A DNA stretch of 63,544 bases, counting the filler, from Octopus bimaculoides (lineage: Eukaryota): assembly GCF_001194135.2 (NCBI RefSeq). It is 5 parts of 5 records of this genome, joined end to end, with 100 filler letters (N's around TTAATTAATTAA, not from the genome) between each part and the next. Parts side by side here need not be neighbours in the genome. Positions count along the whole stretch, not along the records: positions 12,190 to 38,319 come from NC_068985.1; positions 38,420 to 53,819 come from NW_026353717.1; 3 more parts are not named here. The stretch is one strand, 5' to 3'. Shown here one piece after another: positions 37,755 to 51,055 of the stretch. The translations under genes were made by a program, and so were the position numbers. Under the pieces are notes generated by a model. That model was not told where the DNA came from. It worked only from the letters and a program-made list of their open reading frames with translations, and searched no databases. The first letter of the stretch is position 1, and every line of letters begins with the position of its first letter.

Positions 37755-38050
37755 TAAGTTACATGAACAGAAACACATCAGCACCGGTTGTGAAGCGCTG
37801 GTGGTAGGGGAGGGAGGGACAAACACACACACACATGTATGTAATATCTACACTTTTATTTGTTTCAATCATTCGATTACTGACATGCTGGAACACCGCC
37901 TTTAGTCGAACTAATCGACCTCCAGGACTTATTCTCTGTAAGCCTAGTACTTATTTTATCGGTCTCTTATACAGAACCGCTAGGTTACGGAGATGTAAAC
38001 ACACCAACATCGGTTGTTAAGCGATGGTGGGAGTACAAACACAGTCACAC
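37755..38050 (-). mobile_element. SINE family A tail fragments
   Basis: TTTCAATCATTCGA...GTCGAACTAATCGACC...AAGCCTAGTACTT...ACACCAACATCGGTTG; another partial tail at about 37565-37780. Confidence 0.8.
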
Positions 38051-38552
38051 AAATACATGCATATAAATATATATATGTCAGATGACGCCTTGATGAATGC
38101 CATTAGGCATGAAAATACGTATTAACCTTTATATATTTAATTCCTTACATTTAATACTCAATATTTCATATATTCAATAAGACATTGAATACTTCATTTC
38201 ATTTTACCATTTATTTTTATATTATATATTATATTATAAATTCCATATTCTATATGCCACACTAAGAATATAAATAAAACATAAAAAACAGAGTTGGAAC
38301 TCTTTTAAATAAAATAATGNNNNNNNNNNNNNNNNNNNNNNNNNNNNNNNNNNNNNNNNNNNNTTAATTAATTAANNNNNNNNNNNNNNNNNNNNNNNNN
38401 NNNNNNNNNNNNNNNNNNNTATATATTGTTGCTGGTTTAAGATAGTTAATTACTGTGACTAAATACAGTCAGCCATCCATCCATACAGCCAACCAGTCTG
38501 TTTATCCGTTATTCCATCTGTCTCTCTGTCTGTCCATCTGGCTATCCATCTC

Positions 38553-38607
<55 letters not shown>

Positions 38608-38678
38608 GTCTGTCTGTCTGTCTATCCATGGCTATCTGTCTATCTGCCTGCCTATCTATTCAGCTATCTGTTATATAC

Positions 38679-38736
<58 letters not shown>

Positions 38737-38876
38737 TATTTANNNNNNNNNNTGTGTTATTTAATTTATATAAGGGCATTACTATACAATAATGCCTCAT
38801 GCTTAGAGGGACTCCATAAGTCAAAACTATCTGTCATATATATCTTTGTTTGTCTCTCTCTATGTGTGTCTCTGTC

Positions 38877-38914
<38 letters not shown>

Positions 38915-38999
38915 CTGTCTGTCTATCTATCTATGTATTTTTTGCACACACATATATATATATCTGTCCATCTAGTTAGCTCTCTTTCTCTGTGTCTCA

Positions 39000-39031
<32 letters not shown>

Positions 39032-39226
39032 TTGTCTGTTTATCTAGTTATCTGTCCGCCCCTCTCCCTCTCTCTCTCTCTCTTTGTCCATCTTGTCGTT
39101 TGTGTCTGTTAATACGAACCTGATGTGTGTGCAAGGATGACTGACGATTGTGATGAGATTCTGTTGTATACACATTTATTTCCTTTTTAATTCCTTATTC
39201 TCGTCTCTTTGTAAATGTGTCTGGTC

Positions 39227-39261
<35 letters not shown>

Positions 39262-39293
39262 TTCCTTCTTCTTCTTCTACCCCCTCCTTCCAG

Positions 39294-39420
39294 GAGACAC
39301 GGCAGGCAGTTGGCCCTCTACTACGGAGCTTCCAAGCTGAAGTCGATGCACTGTCAAAGCGAAGCAAGGCAGCAGAAGCAGCCTTCTTGTCGGTTTATAA
39401 GAAACTTATTGATATGCCAG
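39294..39420 (+). CDS. CUX1: Internal coding exon of the CUX1/CASP locus (shared N-terminal coiled-coil region), 127 nt, phase 0 to phase 1
   Basis: Translates [42 protein letters not shown], matching the remembered human CUX1/CASP segment [42 protein letters not shown]. Preceded by a polypyrimidine tract ending ccttccAG (39293) and followed by GTAATG (39421). The exon alone cannot distinguish a cut-homeobox from a CASP (golgin) transcript. Confidence 0.93.
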
Positions 39421-39446
39421 GTAATGTCACTTAAATCACACTTAAA

Positions 39447-39491
<45 letters not shown>

Positions 39492-39584
39492 TTGAAGCTC
39501 GTGGCTATGTGATTAAGCCCTTGTGGGCCCGTGGATCTCAACCTGGGTCCACATAAGATCTTGTTGCTAAAATCTATACTCTTT

Positions 39585-39903
39585 TCACTCTTTTACTTGT
39601 TTCAGTCATTTGACTGCGGCCATGCTGGAGCACCGCCTTTTAGTCGAGCAAATCGACCCCAGGACTTATTCTTTGTTAAGCCTAGTACTTATTCTATCGG
39701 TCTCTTTTTTGCCGAGCCGCTAATGTTACGGGGACGTAAACACACCACCATCGGTTGTTAAGCGATGTTGGGGGGGACAGACACAGACACACAAACACAC
39801 ACACACATATATATATACATATATATACGACGGGCTTCTTTCAGTTTCCGTCTACCAAATCCACTCCCAAGGCTTTGGTCGACCCGAGGCTATAGTAGAA
39901 GAC
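39585..39903 (-). mobile_element. SINE family A, 165 nt downstream of the CUX1 exon
   Basis: Reverse-complement match to the family A tail and body; the head falls in a gap. Confidence 0.88.
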
Positions 39904-40410
39904 NNNNNNNNNNNNNNNNNNNNNNNNNNNNNNNNNNNNNNNNNNNNNNNNNNNNNNNNNNNNNNNNNNNNNNNNNNNNNNNNNNNNNNNNNNNNNNNNN
40001 NNNNNNNNNNNNNNNNNNNNNNNNNNNNNNNNNNNNNNNNNNNNNNNNNNNNNNNNNNNNNNNNNNNNNNNNNNNNNNNNNNNNNNNNNNNNNNNNNNNN
40101 NNNNNNNNNNNNNNNNNNNNNNNNNNNNNNNNNNNNNNNNNNNNNNNNNNNNNNNNNNNNNNNNNNNNNNNNNNNNNNNNNNNNNNNNNNNNNNNNNNNN
40201 NNNNNNNNNNNNNNNNNNNNNNNNNNNNNNNNNNNNNNNNNNNNNNNNNNNNNNNNNNNNNNNNNNNNNNNNNNNNNNNNNNNNNNNNNNNNNNNNNNNN
40301 NNNNNNNNNNNNNNNNNNNNNNNNNNNNNNNNNNNNNNNNNNNNNNNNNNNNNNNNNNNNNNNNNNNNNNNNNNNNNNNNNNNNNNNNNNNNNNNNNNNN
40401 NNNNNNNNNN

Positions 40411-41062
40411 ACGCTCAAAATGGTGTATTTTATGTGCCACCTGCACAGGAGCCAGTCCAGCGGCACTGGCAACGATCTCGCTCGAATGTCTTTACATGTG
40501 CCACCAGCACAAGTGCCAGGAAGGCGACGCTGGGCACAGGTGCCATCACGATTTTGCTTTCGCTTGCCCCAACAGGTCTTCACAAGCCGAGTTTCGTGTC
40601 CTGCACAGGAGCCAGTCCAGTGGCACTGGCAACGATCTCACTCGAATGTCTTTACAAGTGGTAGGAAGGCGATGCTGGGCACAGGTGCCATCACGATTAA
40701 CACATAAAAGGCACCCATGCCAGTGATATGGAAACAGCACCCAGCACACTCTTGGAGTGGTTGGCATTATGAAGGACATCCAGCTGTCGAAGCCAAGTCA
40801 GAATCAAACTGGAACCTGATACAGCTCTGCAGCTTACAAGTTCAAGTCAAACTGTCCGACCCATGCCAGCATGGAAAACAGATGCTAAATGATAATGATG
40901 ATGATGATGATGATTGTTTTGGATTAATCATGCGTTGTCTCTGTAAAGTGGTTGGTGTTAGGAAGGGCATCCATCTGTAGAAATGTTTGAAAACTGCTTG
41001 TCAAATCCTGCCAAACCGTCCAACCCATGCCAGCATGGAAAAACGGACATCGAATGATGATC
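40411..41062 (+). mobile_element. Family D repeats with RTE-type tail (AACCCATGCCAGCATGGAAAA...GATGATGAT); internal direct duplication of about 100 bp
   Basis: Tails at about 40860-40915 and 41020-41062; duplicated block TGCACAGGAGCCAGTCCAG...GGTGCCATCACGATT at about 40442-40551 and 40602-40698; related copies at about 51065-51270 and 49845-49885. Confidence 0.7.
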
Positions 41063-41592
41063 ACAATTATCTCTTCAGGCATTCCAACGATTCTGCCAAT
41101 TTTGCCACCCTAAATAATTACAACTGGCTTTAATGATTTCAAAGGTGTTAAACAGGTTTTTGTCATTGTTTTCTCGGCTCGGCTCTGCCGTTTGAAACGA
41201 GATCTTTTGTAAGAGCAGCAACCATCACATCATCGTGCTATGAAACTCTGCCAAATATGGCCCGAGGCGGTTATGTTCTCTGTTCTCTGATGACACTCCG
41301 CGACCTTCCTACTTTGTGACAATGACATCAACAGCAACAACAAACAACAACAATGATCATAATCAACTCATTCACACACACACGCACACACACACACGTT
41401 GCACAAATGACAACATGTTAGATGAAACTTGTGTATTATCACCTGAGCTGTTTTGAACCTTACGGCTTAAGACAGAACTAAACTCACTGGTCTTGTTGTG
41501 ACAACTCCTAGCCGGGGCCCCCCTTGTGTGTGTGTGTATGTATGTGATTATCTCTGTGCATCTGTCTGTCTGTTTCTTTCTCTCTCTCTTTC

Positions 41593-41646
<54 letters not shown>

Positions 41647-41672
41647 NNNNNNNNNNTCTATGTATCATGCAT

Positions 41673-41720
<48 letters not shown>

Positions 41721-41844
41721 GTATGTATTTATACACATATGTACACACATACACCTGTGTCTGTGTGTATGTTTCTGTCTCTCATGTGCATATATATATA
41801 TATATATATATGCATGTGGTTTGTGTGCATGAACGTGTTTGTCT

Positions 41845-41885
<41 letters not shown>

Positions 41886-42167
41886 CACACGCATGTATTA
41901 TCTCTGTTCCATCAACAAAGGGGAGAGGATTAAGTAGGTCTTTGTTGTTTTCATTTCACTCTATCACATCACACCCAGTTCTTTTTTTTGTCCCCCACCC
42001 CCTTTATCCTCTCCTCATTACGTGCATGTGGATGTCTGCACACATGTAGCACACTGCTTAAGCTCTTTCTCCTTCACTTTCTGCCATGTTTTCATCCTGG
42101 GTTTGAACCAAGAACTTTTTGTTTTAAACACAGCATTCCAGTTGAGTCCTGCAAACTCTAGATAAGG

Positions 42168-42573
42168 GTCTTGTTTCAGTCATTTGACTGTGGCCATGCT
42201 GGAGCACCACCTTTAGTCGAACAAATCGACCCCAGGACTTATTCTGTGTAAGCCTAGTAACTTATTCTATCAGTCTCTCTTTTCCCGAACTGCTAAGTTA
42301 CGGGGACGTAAACACACCAGCATCGGTTGTGAATCGATGGTGGGGGGACAAACACAGACACGCAAACACACATACACATATATATACATATATATATATA
42401 TACATATATACGACGGGCTTCTTTCAGTTTCCGTCTACCAAATCCACTCACAAGGCTTTGGTCGGCCCGAGGCTATAGTAGAAGATACTTGCCCAAGGTG
42501 CCATGCAGTGGGAATGAACCCGGACCCATGTGGTTGGTAAGCAAGCTACTTACCACACAGCCACTCCTGCGCC
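42168..42573 (-). mobile_element. SINE family A, full-length
   Basis: Reverse complement of the 58293 copy over its full length. Confidence 0.9.
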
Positions 42574-43463
42574 TAAATACCCAGGTTTAAAAGATAATTA
42601 CCGTGGTCACTTTGTTCTCCCAAAATCTTTGAGGAGGTGCCCCAGCATGGCCTCAGTGCAATGATTGNNNNNNNNNNNNNNNNNNNNNNNNNNNNNNNNN
42701 NNNNNNNNNNNNNNNNNNNNNNNNNNNNNNNNNNNNNNNNNNNNNNNNNNNNNNNNNNNNNNNNNNNNNNNNNNNNNNNNNNNNNNNNNNNNNNNNNNNN
42801 NNNNNNNNNNNNNNNNNNNNNNNNNNNNNNNNNNNNNNNNNNNNNNNNNNNNNNNNNNNNNNNNNNNNNNNNNNNNNNNNNNNNNNNNNNNNNNNNNNNN
42901 NNNNNNNNNNNNNNNNNNNNNNNNNNNNNNNNNNNNNNNNNNNNNNNNNNNNNNNNNNNNNNNNNNNNNNNNNNNNNNNNNNNNNNNNNNNNNNNNNNNN
43001 NNNNNNNNNNNNNNNNNNNNNNNNNNNNNNNNNNNNNNNNNNNNNNNNNNNNNNNNNNNNNNNNNNNNNNNNNNNNNNNNNNNNNNNNNNNNNNNNNNNN
43101 NNNNNNNNNNNNNNNNNNNNNNNNNNNNNNNNNNNNNNNNNNNNNNNNNNNNNNNNNNNNNNNNNNNNNNNNNNNNNNNNNNNNNNNNNNNNNNNNNNNN
43201 NNNNNNNNNNNNNNNNNNNNNNNNNNNNNNNNNNNNNNNNNNNNNNNNNNNNNNNNNNNNNNNNNNNNNNNNNNNNNNNNNNNNNNNNNNNNNNNNNNNN
43301 NNNNGAGGACCGATGGTTAATGGTGGTGGTGGTGGTGGGGGTGTTATTATACTTAATAATTTATGCATATAGTGATAGTTTGGACATGGCAGCACACACA
43401 CACAGACACACACATACACAGACATACGAATACATACGCAGACACAAGTATACATAGATAGAC

Positions 43464-43502
<39 letters not shown>

Positions 43503-44140
43503 TATATATACATTCGCAGTGATGCACACATACACACACACACACACGAACGCACACAACCTTGCGTACATGCACATACACTCACACGCTGACACCCACA
43601 GAAGCGCACGCACGCACATACACACACACACACACACGCACTTTCACATACTTATGCATACCTGTACACAACAGGACCGTTAAAAAGACAAACTCCTACT
43701 CTTTCTCTCCCTCCCTCCTCCCTTCTCTCTTCCACCCAATAAATTCACCCCCTCCCCCGCTTCTATCGTACTCTATATATTATGGGGCAATACCATTCTC
43801 GCTCTTCTATTATGCATCTACCCGCCCCCCAATACTTTCTTTTTACTTTTGCTCTGTCTCTCGTTTAGTCCTTTGCACACGTATTCCTCTCTCTCTATCT
43901 GTCCGTCTGTCTCTTTCTCTCTTTCTCTCTCATACACGCACACACCTTGTCACCTCTCTCTATCTCTTAACTCCCTTTCCCCTCCTAGCTGTCGTCTGCT
44001 TCAGACATCGCCGCCATCATAACACTTTTCTCTCTCTTTCTCCATCACCATCGTACCCTGTTTCTTTGATGTTTTTCCTTCTCAATCCACTTCCTCTCCC
44101 CTCTCTCGTCACACCGTGGTCCTTTAATCTTCAATCCTTA

Positions 44141-44184
<44 letters not shown>

Positions 44185-45779
44185 NNNNNNNNNNNNNNNN
44201 NNNNNNNNNNNNNNNNNNNNNNNNNNNNNNNNNNNNNNNNNNNNNNNNNNNNNNNNNNNNNNNNNNNNNNNNNNNNNNNNNNNNNNNNNNNNNNNNNNNN
44301 NNNNNNNNNNNNNNNNNNNNNNNNNNNNNNNNNNNNNNNNNNNNNNNNNNNNNNNNNNNNNNNNNNNNNNNNNNNNNNNNNNNNNNNNNNNNNNNNNNNN
44401 NNNNNNNNNNNNNNNNNNNNNNNNNNNNNNNNNNNNNNNNNNNNNNNNNNNNNNNNNNNNNNNNNNNNNNNNNNNNNNNNNNNNNNNNNNNNNNNNNNNN
44501 NNNNNNNNNNNNNNNNNNNNNNNNNNNNNNNNNNNNNNNNNNNNNNNNNNNNNNNNNNNNNNNNNNNNNNNNNNNNNNNNNNNNNNNNNNNNNNNNNNNN
44601 NNNNNNNNNNNNNNNNNNNNNNNNNNNNNNNNNNNNNNNNNNNNNNNNNNNNNNNNNNNNNNNNNNNNNNNNNNNNNNNNNNNNNNNNNNNNNNNNNNNN
44701 NNNNNNNNNNNNNNNNNNNNNNNNNNNNNNNNNNNNNNNNNNNNNNNNNNNNNNNNNNNNNNNNNNNNNNNNNNNNNNNNNNNNNNNNNNNNNNNNNNNN
44801 NNNNNNNNNNNNNNNNNNNNNNNNNNNNNNNNNNNNNNNNNNNNNNNNNNNNNNNNNNNNNNNNNNNNNNNNNNNNNNNNNNNNNNNNNNNNNNNNNNNN
44901 NNNNNNNNNNNNNNNNNNNNNNNNNNNNNNNNNNNNNNNNNNNNNNNNNNNNNNNNNNNNNNNNNNNNNNNNAAATATATAATATTTGTGTATATGAATG
45001 TGTATATACTTATACTTGTGTATAATATGTGTATTTAGATATGTAAATGCATGTAATATATATATATGTGTGTGTGTGTATGTATATGTATATATATATA
45101 TATAAATATATAATATTTGTGTATATGAATGTGTATATACTTATACTTGTGTATAATATGTGTATTTATATATGTAAATGCATGTAATATATATATATAT
45201 GTGTGTGTGTTTGTGTATGTATGTATATTATATATAGACAGAAGGATGGCTGAAGTGGGCGGCAAGGGTGGAGGGCTGGTGCTGCACAGACACTGGGAGA
45301 CTGACTGATTGTGTACTGTGTCAGGAGACACTAGGAGGGAGGGTGGCGGAAGGGGTCGGAGGGTTGCAAGGAGAGGGGGGAGTTTGGTGAGCAGGGGGGG
45401 GGGTAGAATTAGAATAGGGAAGGATTTGGGGTTTTTGTGTGTGTGTGGGGGAGACTTGTAAGAAATTGCTTATTTGCTGTGTCTTTGAGAAAAAGTGTTG
45501 GTGTTTATGTTATTGTACTTGATGATGGAGGAGGAGGGGGTATGTGCGTTTCCCCACCCACCCCGTGGGCTATATGTATGGATGTGTGTGTTTATATATG
45601 TGTGCGTATAAACTTTTATATATATATATATATATATACATATATACAATGGGTGGTAAGCCATGGGTCCCCGTACACTACTAAATCTTGCAATAGATTC
45701 ATATTTACTGTATATACACATATTTACTGTATATACACATATTTAAAAAGTGTATTTATAACTTGCATGTGTGTAAAAC

Positions 45780-45871
<92 letters not shown>

Positions 45872-47599
45872 TGTGCATACATACACACGTTTATACATAC
45901 CTACATACACATAATTTTAAATACATTCATGNNNNNNNNNNNNNNNNNNNNNNNNNNNNNNNNNNNNNNNNNNNNNNNNNNNNNNNNNNNNNNNNNNNNN
46001 NNNNNNNNNNNNNNNNNNNNNNNNNNNNNNNNNNNNNNNNNNNNNNNNNNNNNNNNNNNNNNNNNNNNNNNNNNNNNNNNNNNNNNNNNNNNNNNNNNNN
46101 NNNNNNNNNNNNNNNNNNNNNNNNNNNNNNNNNNNNNNNNNNNNNNNNNNNNNNNNNNNNNNNNNNNNNNNNNNNNNNNNNNNNNNNNNNNNNNNNNNNN
46201 NNNNNNNNNNNNNNNNNNNNNNNNNNNNNNNNNNNNNNNNNNNNNNNNNNNNNNNNNNNNNNNNNNNNNNNNNNNNNNNNNNNNNNNNNNNNNNNNNNNN
46301 NNNNNNNNNNNNNNNNNNNNNNNNNNNNNNNNNNNNNNNNNNNNNNNNNNNNNNNNNNNNNNNNNNNNNNNNNNNNNNNNNNNNNNNNNNNNNNNNNNNN
46401 NNNNNNNNNNNNNNNNNNNNNNNNNNNNNNNNNNNNNNNNNNNNNNNNNNNNNNNNNNNNNNNNNNNNNNNNNNNNNNNNNNNNNNNNNNNNNNNNNNNN
46501 NNNNNNNNNNNNNNNNNNNNNNNNNNNNNNNNNNNNNNNNNNNNNNNNNNNNNNNNNNNNNNNNNNNNNNNNNNNNNNNNNNNNNNNNNNNNNNNNNNNN
46601 NNNNNNNNNNNNNNNNNNNNNTTACTATCATTGTTATTCATTATTCATCCGCCCCCTCCACTCTTCCCTAACGTCTCGTGGTGTCTGTCTGTCAGTGTGT
46701 CTGTTTTTCAGCAAGATCTGAAAATATTTCTGAAAGTCTCCTGGATATTTTTTTGCTGACCAAAGCCTTTTCCAGTGAATGGATTGTCTTTGGCATTCTG
46801 TGGTGGTGGTGCCTGTGTGTCTCTCTCCCCCTCTTTCTCCCTCTCCCTCTCTTCTTCTCTCTCTCTCTGTCTTTCTCTCTCTGTCTGTCTCTCTCTCTCC
46901 TCTTGCTCTCTCTCTCTCCCTCTCTTCCTCTTTGTTTCTCTCTCACCTCTTGCCCCCCATCCCCCCTCTCTCTGCCTGTCTCTCTCTCTCTCCTTATCTT
47001 TTTCTCATTTAGTTACATATCTTATTGGTCAGTCATTGTGTCTATAAAAAATAGAGTTACCCCCCTCCCCGCTTCATGGTGTTACTTAATCAGCTAGAAA
47101 TAGCAGCCTCTACTTCCTCAAACTGCAGCCTATCACTTTAGGAAGCTAAAGAGCACTCTAGATATAACATAGTCCTCCATAGTATTTTTGCCATTAGGGG
47201 CCATTGTAAGTTTTAAAATATTGGTGGGTCCTTGTTGGTCCTTCTCCAACACTTGTGGGGGGCAGAATGGAAAGGTACCCTCAAACTGGATACTTGGCCC
47301 GAGTGCTTGCTTACACTCAAGCCACCCAAGAACCAGGTGGTGGTGTATTATTTTGAGATTGATTTGGTTGTTATTTCTAGCATGTTCTGTGATCACATAG
47401 AGAGACGTCCTCATGGCAGTCGTCATCATCATCATCAACATCTTCGTAATCATTTAGCATCCATTCTCCATCCTGGGTTGGACTGTTTCACAGGAACTGA
47501 CAAACCAGAGAGGATACACCAGGCTCCATTTGTCTGTTATGGCATCATTTCTGCTGAATCACTAAGTCGAAATGTCCAACCCCAGTCAAGGCGGCACTA

Positions 47600-48350
47600 G
47601 CATCAGCCATGTTCGAATGGTACCACGGGGACCACAATTACAATTTACATTTGATTTTGATGTACTTGACTCAATAGGTCTCCTCACGCATGGCATGTCG
47701 CCCCACGATCCAAGGTACTTTTGAGTGGGCTGGTTATGCGACACTGGTGTAGGTTACAGCTGTGAACTCACTTTATTTGCCGGGTCTTCTCAGTCACAGC
47801 ACACCGCCAGAGGTCTCTGTCTTTTGTCATTGCCCCTGTGAGGCCCAACGTTCGAAGTTCATGCCTCACCACCACATCCCATGTCTTCCTAGGTCTACCT
47901 CTACCCTGGATTCCTTCCACTATTTGAGAGTGACACTTCTTCACACAGCTCTCCTCATCCATCCGTAGTACATGACCATACCAGTACAAACGTCTATCTT
48001 GCACACCACATCTGATGCTTCTTATGTCCAACATTTCTCTCAGGGTGCTTACACTCTGTCGTGTGCGCACACAGACATTACACATCCAACGGATCATGCT
48101 AGCTTCATTTCCTTCGAGCCTACACGTCTTCAGCAGTCACGGCCCATGTTTCACTGCCGTGAAGCATGGCAGTTCGCACACATGCATCGTACAATCTGAG
48201 CGAGAGGCCTTTTGTTACCAGTGGGGGTAGAAGCTTTCTGAACTTTTTGCCTAGGCTATTCTTATTCTAGTGGTAACACTCTCTGGGTATCCACCCCCAC
48301 TACATACTTGGTCACCTAGGTAGCGGAAGCTATCAACTACATCTAGTATA
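47600..48350 (-). mobile_element. 5'-truncated RTE-clade LINE (RT C-terminus and 3' UTR)
   Basis: VVDSFRYLGDQV ... MIRWMCNV ... RRLYWYGHVLRMDE ... GRGRPRKTW ... DRDLWR, stop at 47768, then a 3' UTR ending in short ATCAAA-type repeats. Confidence 0.88.
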
Positions 48351-48488
48351 GCTGTATGCTTATATGTATGTGTGTATAGCTATGTGTATGTGTATACTTA
48401 TTTGAACATGTGTATAACTGTGTGTGCGTGTGTATGCATTAACTATGTATGTATGTAGGTACATGCTTATGTGAATGGTTTTATTATA

Positions 48489-48531
<43 letters not shown>

Positions 48532-49174
48532 GTATATATATATATGCTGCTATGTCTATGTGAGTACTTGAGTGAATATGTATGTATATGTGCGAGAGAG
48601 AAAGAGTGTGTTCGTATGATTTGTTTTTCACCCCCCCCCCTTTTCCACCTGTAAAATTTTGGCAAATTACATAAAGGAAGACTTATTGTTCTATTGACTT
48701 TCTGTCCTCTTCTTCCTTCGCTCTGCTTTTGTGTGTTTAGGTGCGTTCGGCCACATGCATTGCATGCATTCACAGGCACATACCGAACTTTGTTTTTGAT
48801 GTGTGCATTCGTGTATATATGTATGCATATGGGTGTGTATATCTATATGTGTGTGTGTGTGTGTGCATATCTATATGTGTATATGAATCTATATATGTGT
48901 GTGTGTGTGTGTGTGTGTCTTTTATCTTCTATTTGTTTCGGTGATTACACTGTGGGCATGCTGGAGCACCGCCTTAAGATATGCGTGTATGTGTATATAT
49001 ACATGTATGTGTATATATACATGTATGTGTATATATGTGTGTGTGTATGTCTGTATGCACATGCCTTTAATTTGATCACGCCTCCCGCCACCGAGGACTC
49101 ACCTATATAAGAAAAAAGTCTGGCAAGATTGTATAATAATAATAATAAACAAATAAAAAAATAAAAAATAATAA

Positions 49175-49205
<31 letters not shown>

Positions 49206-49212
49206 AATAATG

Positions 49213-49252
<40 letters not shown>

Positions 49253-49535
49253 GAGTCACAACAATAGCAATATATGAATTGATTTGTTGTTGAGGTTTAT
49301 AATTGTTGTCTCCACTGACAACGATCATCCTACCCACCTCGACCCCCCCCTCCCCGACCCCTCCACAAACCAACAGCATTTTAATGGTGGTGGTGGTGGA
49401 GAGTAGGGGAGGATAGAGGGTGTCTGTAACATTTTTGGCTGATTTTATACTATCAAAATACCTTTGGCATGTTGTTGTTGTTATTGTTGTTTAACACACT
49501 AACCCTTGTCAGAGGGAAGAGTTTGAATAACTGAT

Positions 49536-49571
<36 letters not shown>

Positions 49572-50139
49572 GCATATATGTGTTTGTGTGTGTGTGTATG
49601 TGTAGTTTATGGCATACACATTTATTCAGGTATACTAAAACACAATTACAGGTAAATAAATGTTTGTATGTATGTGTGTGTATATAAATGTGTGTGTATG
49701 TATATAAATGTGTGTGTGTATGTATATAAATGTGTATGTGTATATATAAATGTGTGTGTATGTATATAAATGTGTGTGTGTGTATGTATATAAATGTGTA
49801 TGTGTATGTATGTAAATGTGTGTGTATGTATATGTGTGTGTGTCCAACCTATGCCAGCATGGAAAATGGATGTTAAATGAGGATGGGTGTGTACGTGAGT
49901 GTGTGTGTGTGTGCACGTGGGCATATCTACATGCATGTGTGTGTGTGTGTGCATGCATGTGCATACCTGTGTGTGTGTGTGTGTGTCCCCGCTGCAGGTG
50001 ATACAAATTGTAGCTACGCCATTTGTCTGCTTCACTTGGCCTCTTCCGTCACAACATGTGGCTATGTCTACCTAGTCTCGCCATCCACATGTGGTTGGGA
50101 AGTAAGCTTCTTACCACTCGGCCACACCTGCACGGACGA

Positions 50140-50352
50140 TTTGTTTATCCCGATCAAATGCTTGTGTACAGGTGAGCTCGTTCCCCTCCATCACAATTGA
50201 CCTTACCTGTACAGGTGCACCACGTGCGTGCCACATGTCAGATGACGAAATGATTACAGAGCAACGTGAAACAAAGTGCCTTGCTCAAGAACACAATGCA
50301 ACGACCTGTCTGGCAATCGGGAGTGCTAACCAATAAGCCATGAGCCTTCACA
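50140..50352 (-). mobile_element. SINE family E (tRNA-like head, GTGTTCTTGAGCAAGGCACTT CORE-like box)
   Basis: Minus strand GAAGGCTCATGGCTTATTGGTTAG head; single decayed copy in the window. Confidence 0.5.
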
Positions 50353-50404
50353 GGTGAATGCACACACACACACGCACACACACACACACACACACACCTT
50401 TCAT

Positions 50405-50629
50405 TCTTGTACTTGTTTCAGTCAATTGACTGCTGCCATACTGGAGCACCACCTTGAAGAATTTTAGTCGAACAAATCGACCCCCAGGACTTATTTTTTT
50501 AAAGTCTACTACTTATTCTGTCGGTGTCTTTTCTCGAACCGCTAAGTCTACTACTTATTCTATTGGACTCTTTTTTACGGAGACATAAACCCATCAACAC
50601 CAGTTGTCAAGTGGTTATTGGGGGCAGAC
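50405..50629 (-). mobile_element. SINE family A tail
   Basis: CTTGTTTCAGTCAATTGAC...ATCGACCCCCAGGAC...; a family A head also lies at about 50093-50130 (-). Confidence 0.8.
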
Positions 50630-50910
50630 NNNNNNNNNNNNNNNNNNNNNNNNNNNNNNNNNNNNNNNNNNNNNNNNNNNNNNNNNNNNNNNNNNNNNNN
50701 NNNNNNNNNNNNNNNNNNNNNNNNNNNNNNNNNNNNNNNNNNNNNNNNNNNNNNNNNNNNNNNNNNNNNNNNNNNNNNNNNNNNNNNNNNNNNNNNNNNN
50801 NNNNNNNNNNNNNNNNNNNNNNNNNNNNNNNNNNNNNNNNNNNNNNNNNNNNNNNNNNNNNNNNNNNNNNNNNNNNNNNNNNNNNNNNNNNNNNNNNNNN
50901 NNNNNNNNNN

Positions 50911-51055
50911 CGTTCTGAGTTCAAATTCCGCCAAGGTTGATTTTGCCTTTCATCCTTTCGGGGTCAGTAAATTAAGTACCAGCTACGCACTGGGGTTGAT
51001 GTAATCGACTGGTCCCCTCCCCCAAAATTGCTGCCTTTGTGGCAAAATTTGAAAC
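50911..51055 (+). mobile_element. SINE family B, 3' part
   Basis: GTTCTGAGTTCAAATTCCGCC...TTTCATCCTTTCGGGGTC. Confidence 0.8.

Noticed and set aside
44974-45230. Tandem duplications of about 110 bp in AT/GT-rich sequence (also 4714-4950)
   Set aside because: Low-complexity and directly adjacent to gaps; may be assembly overlap artefacts.
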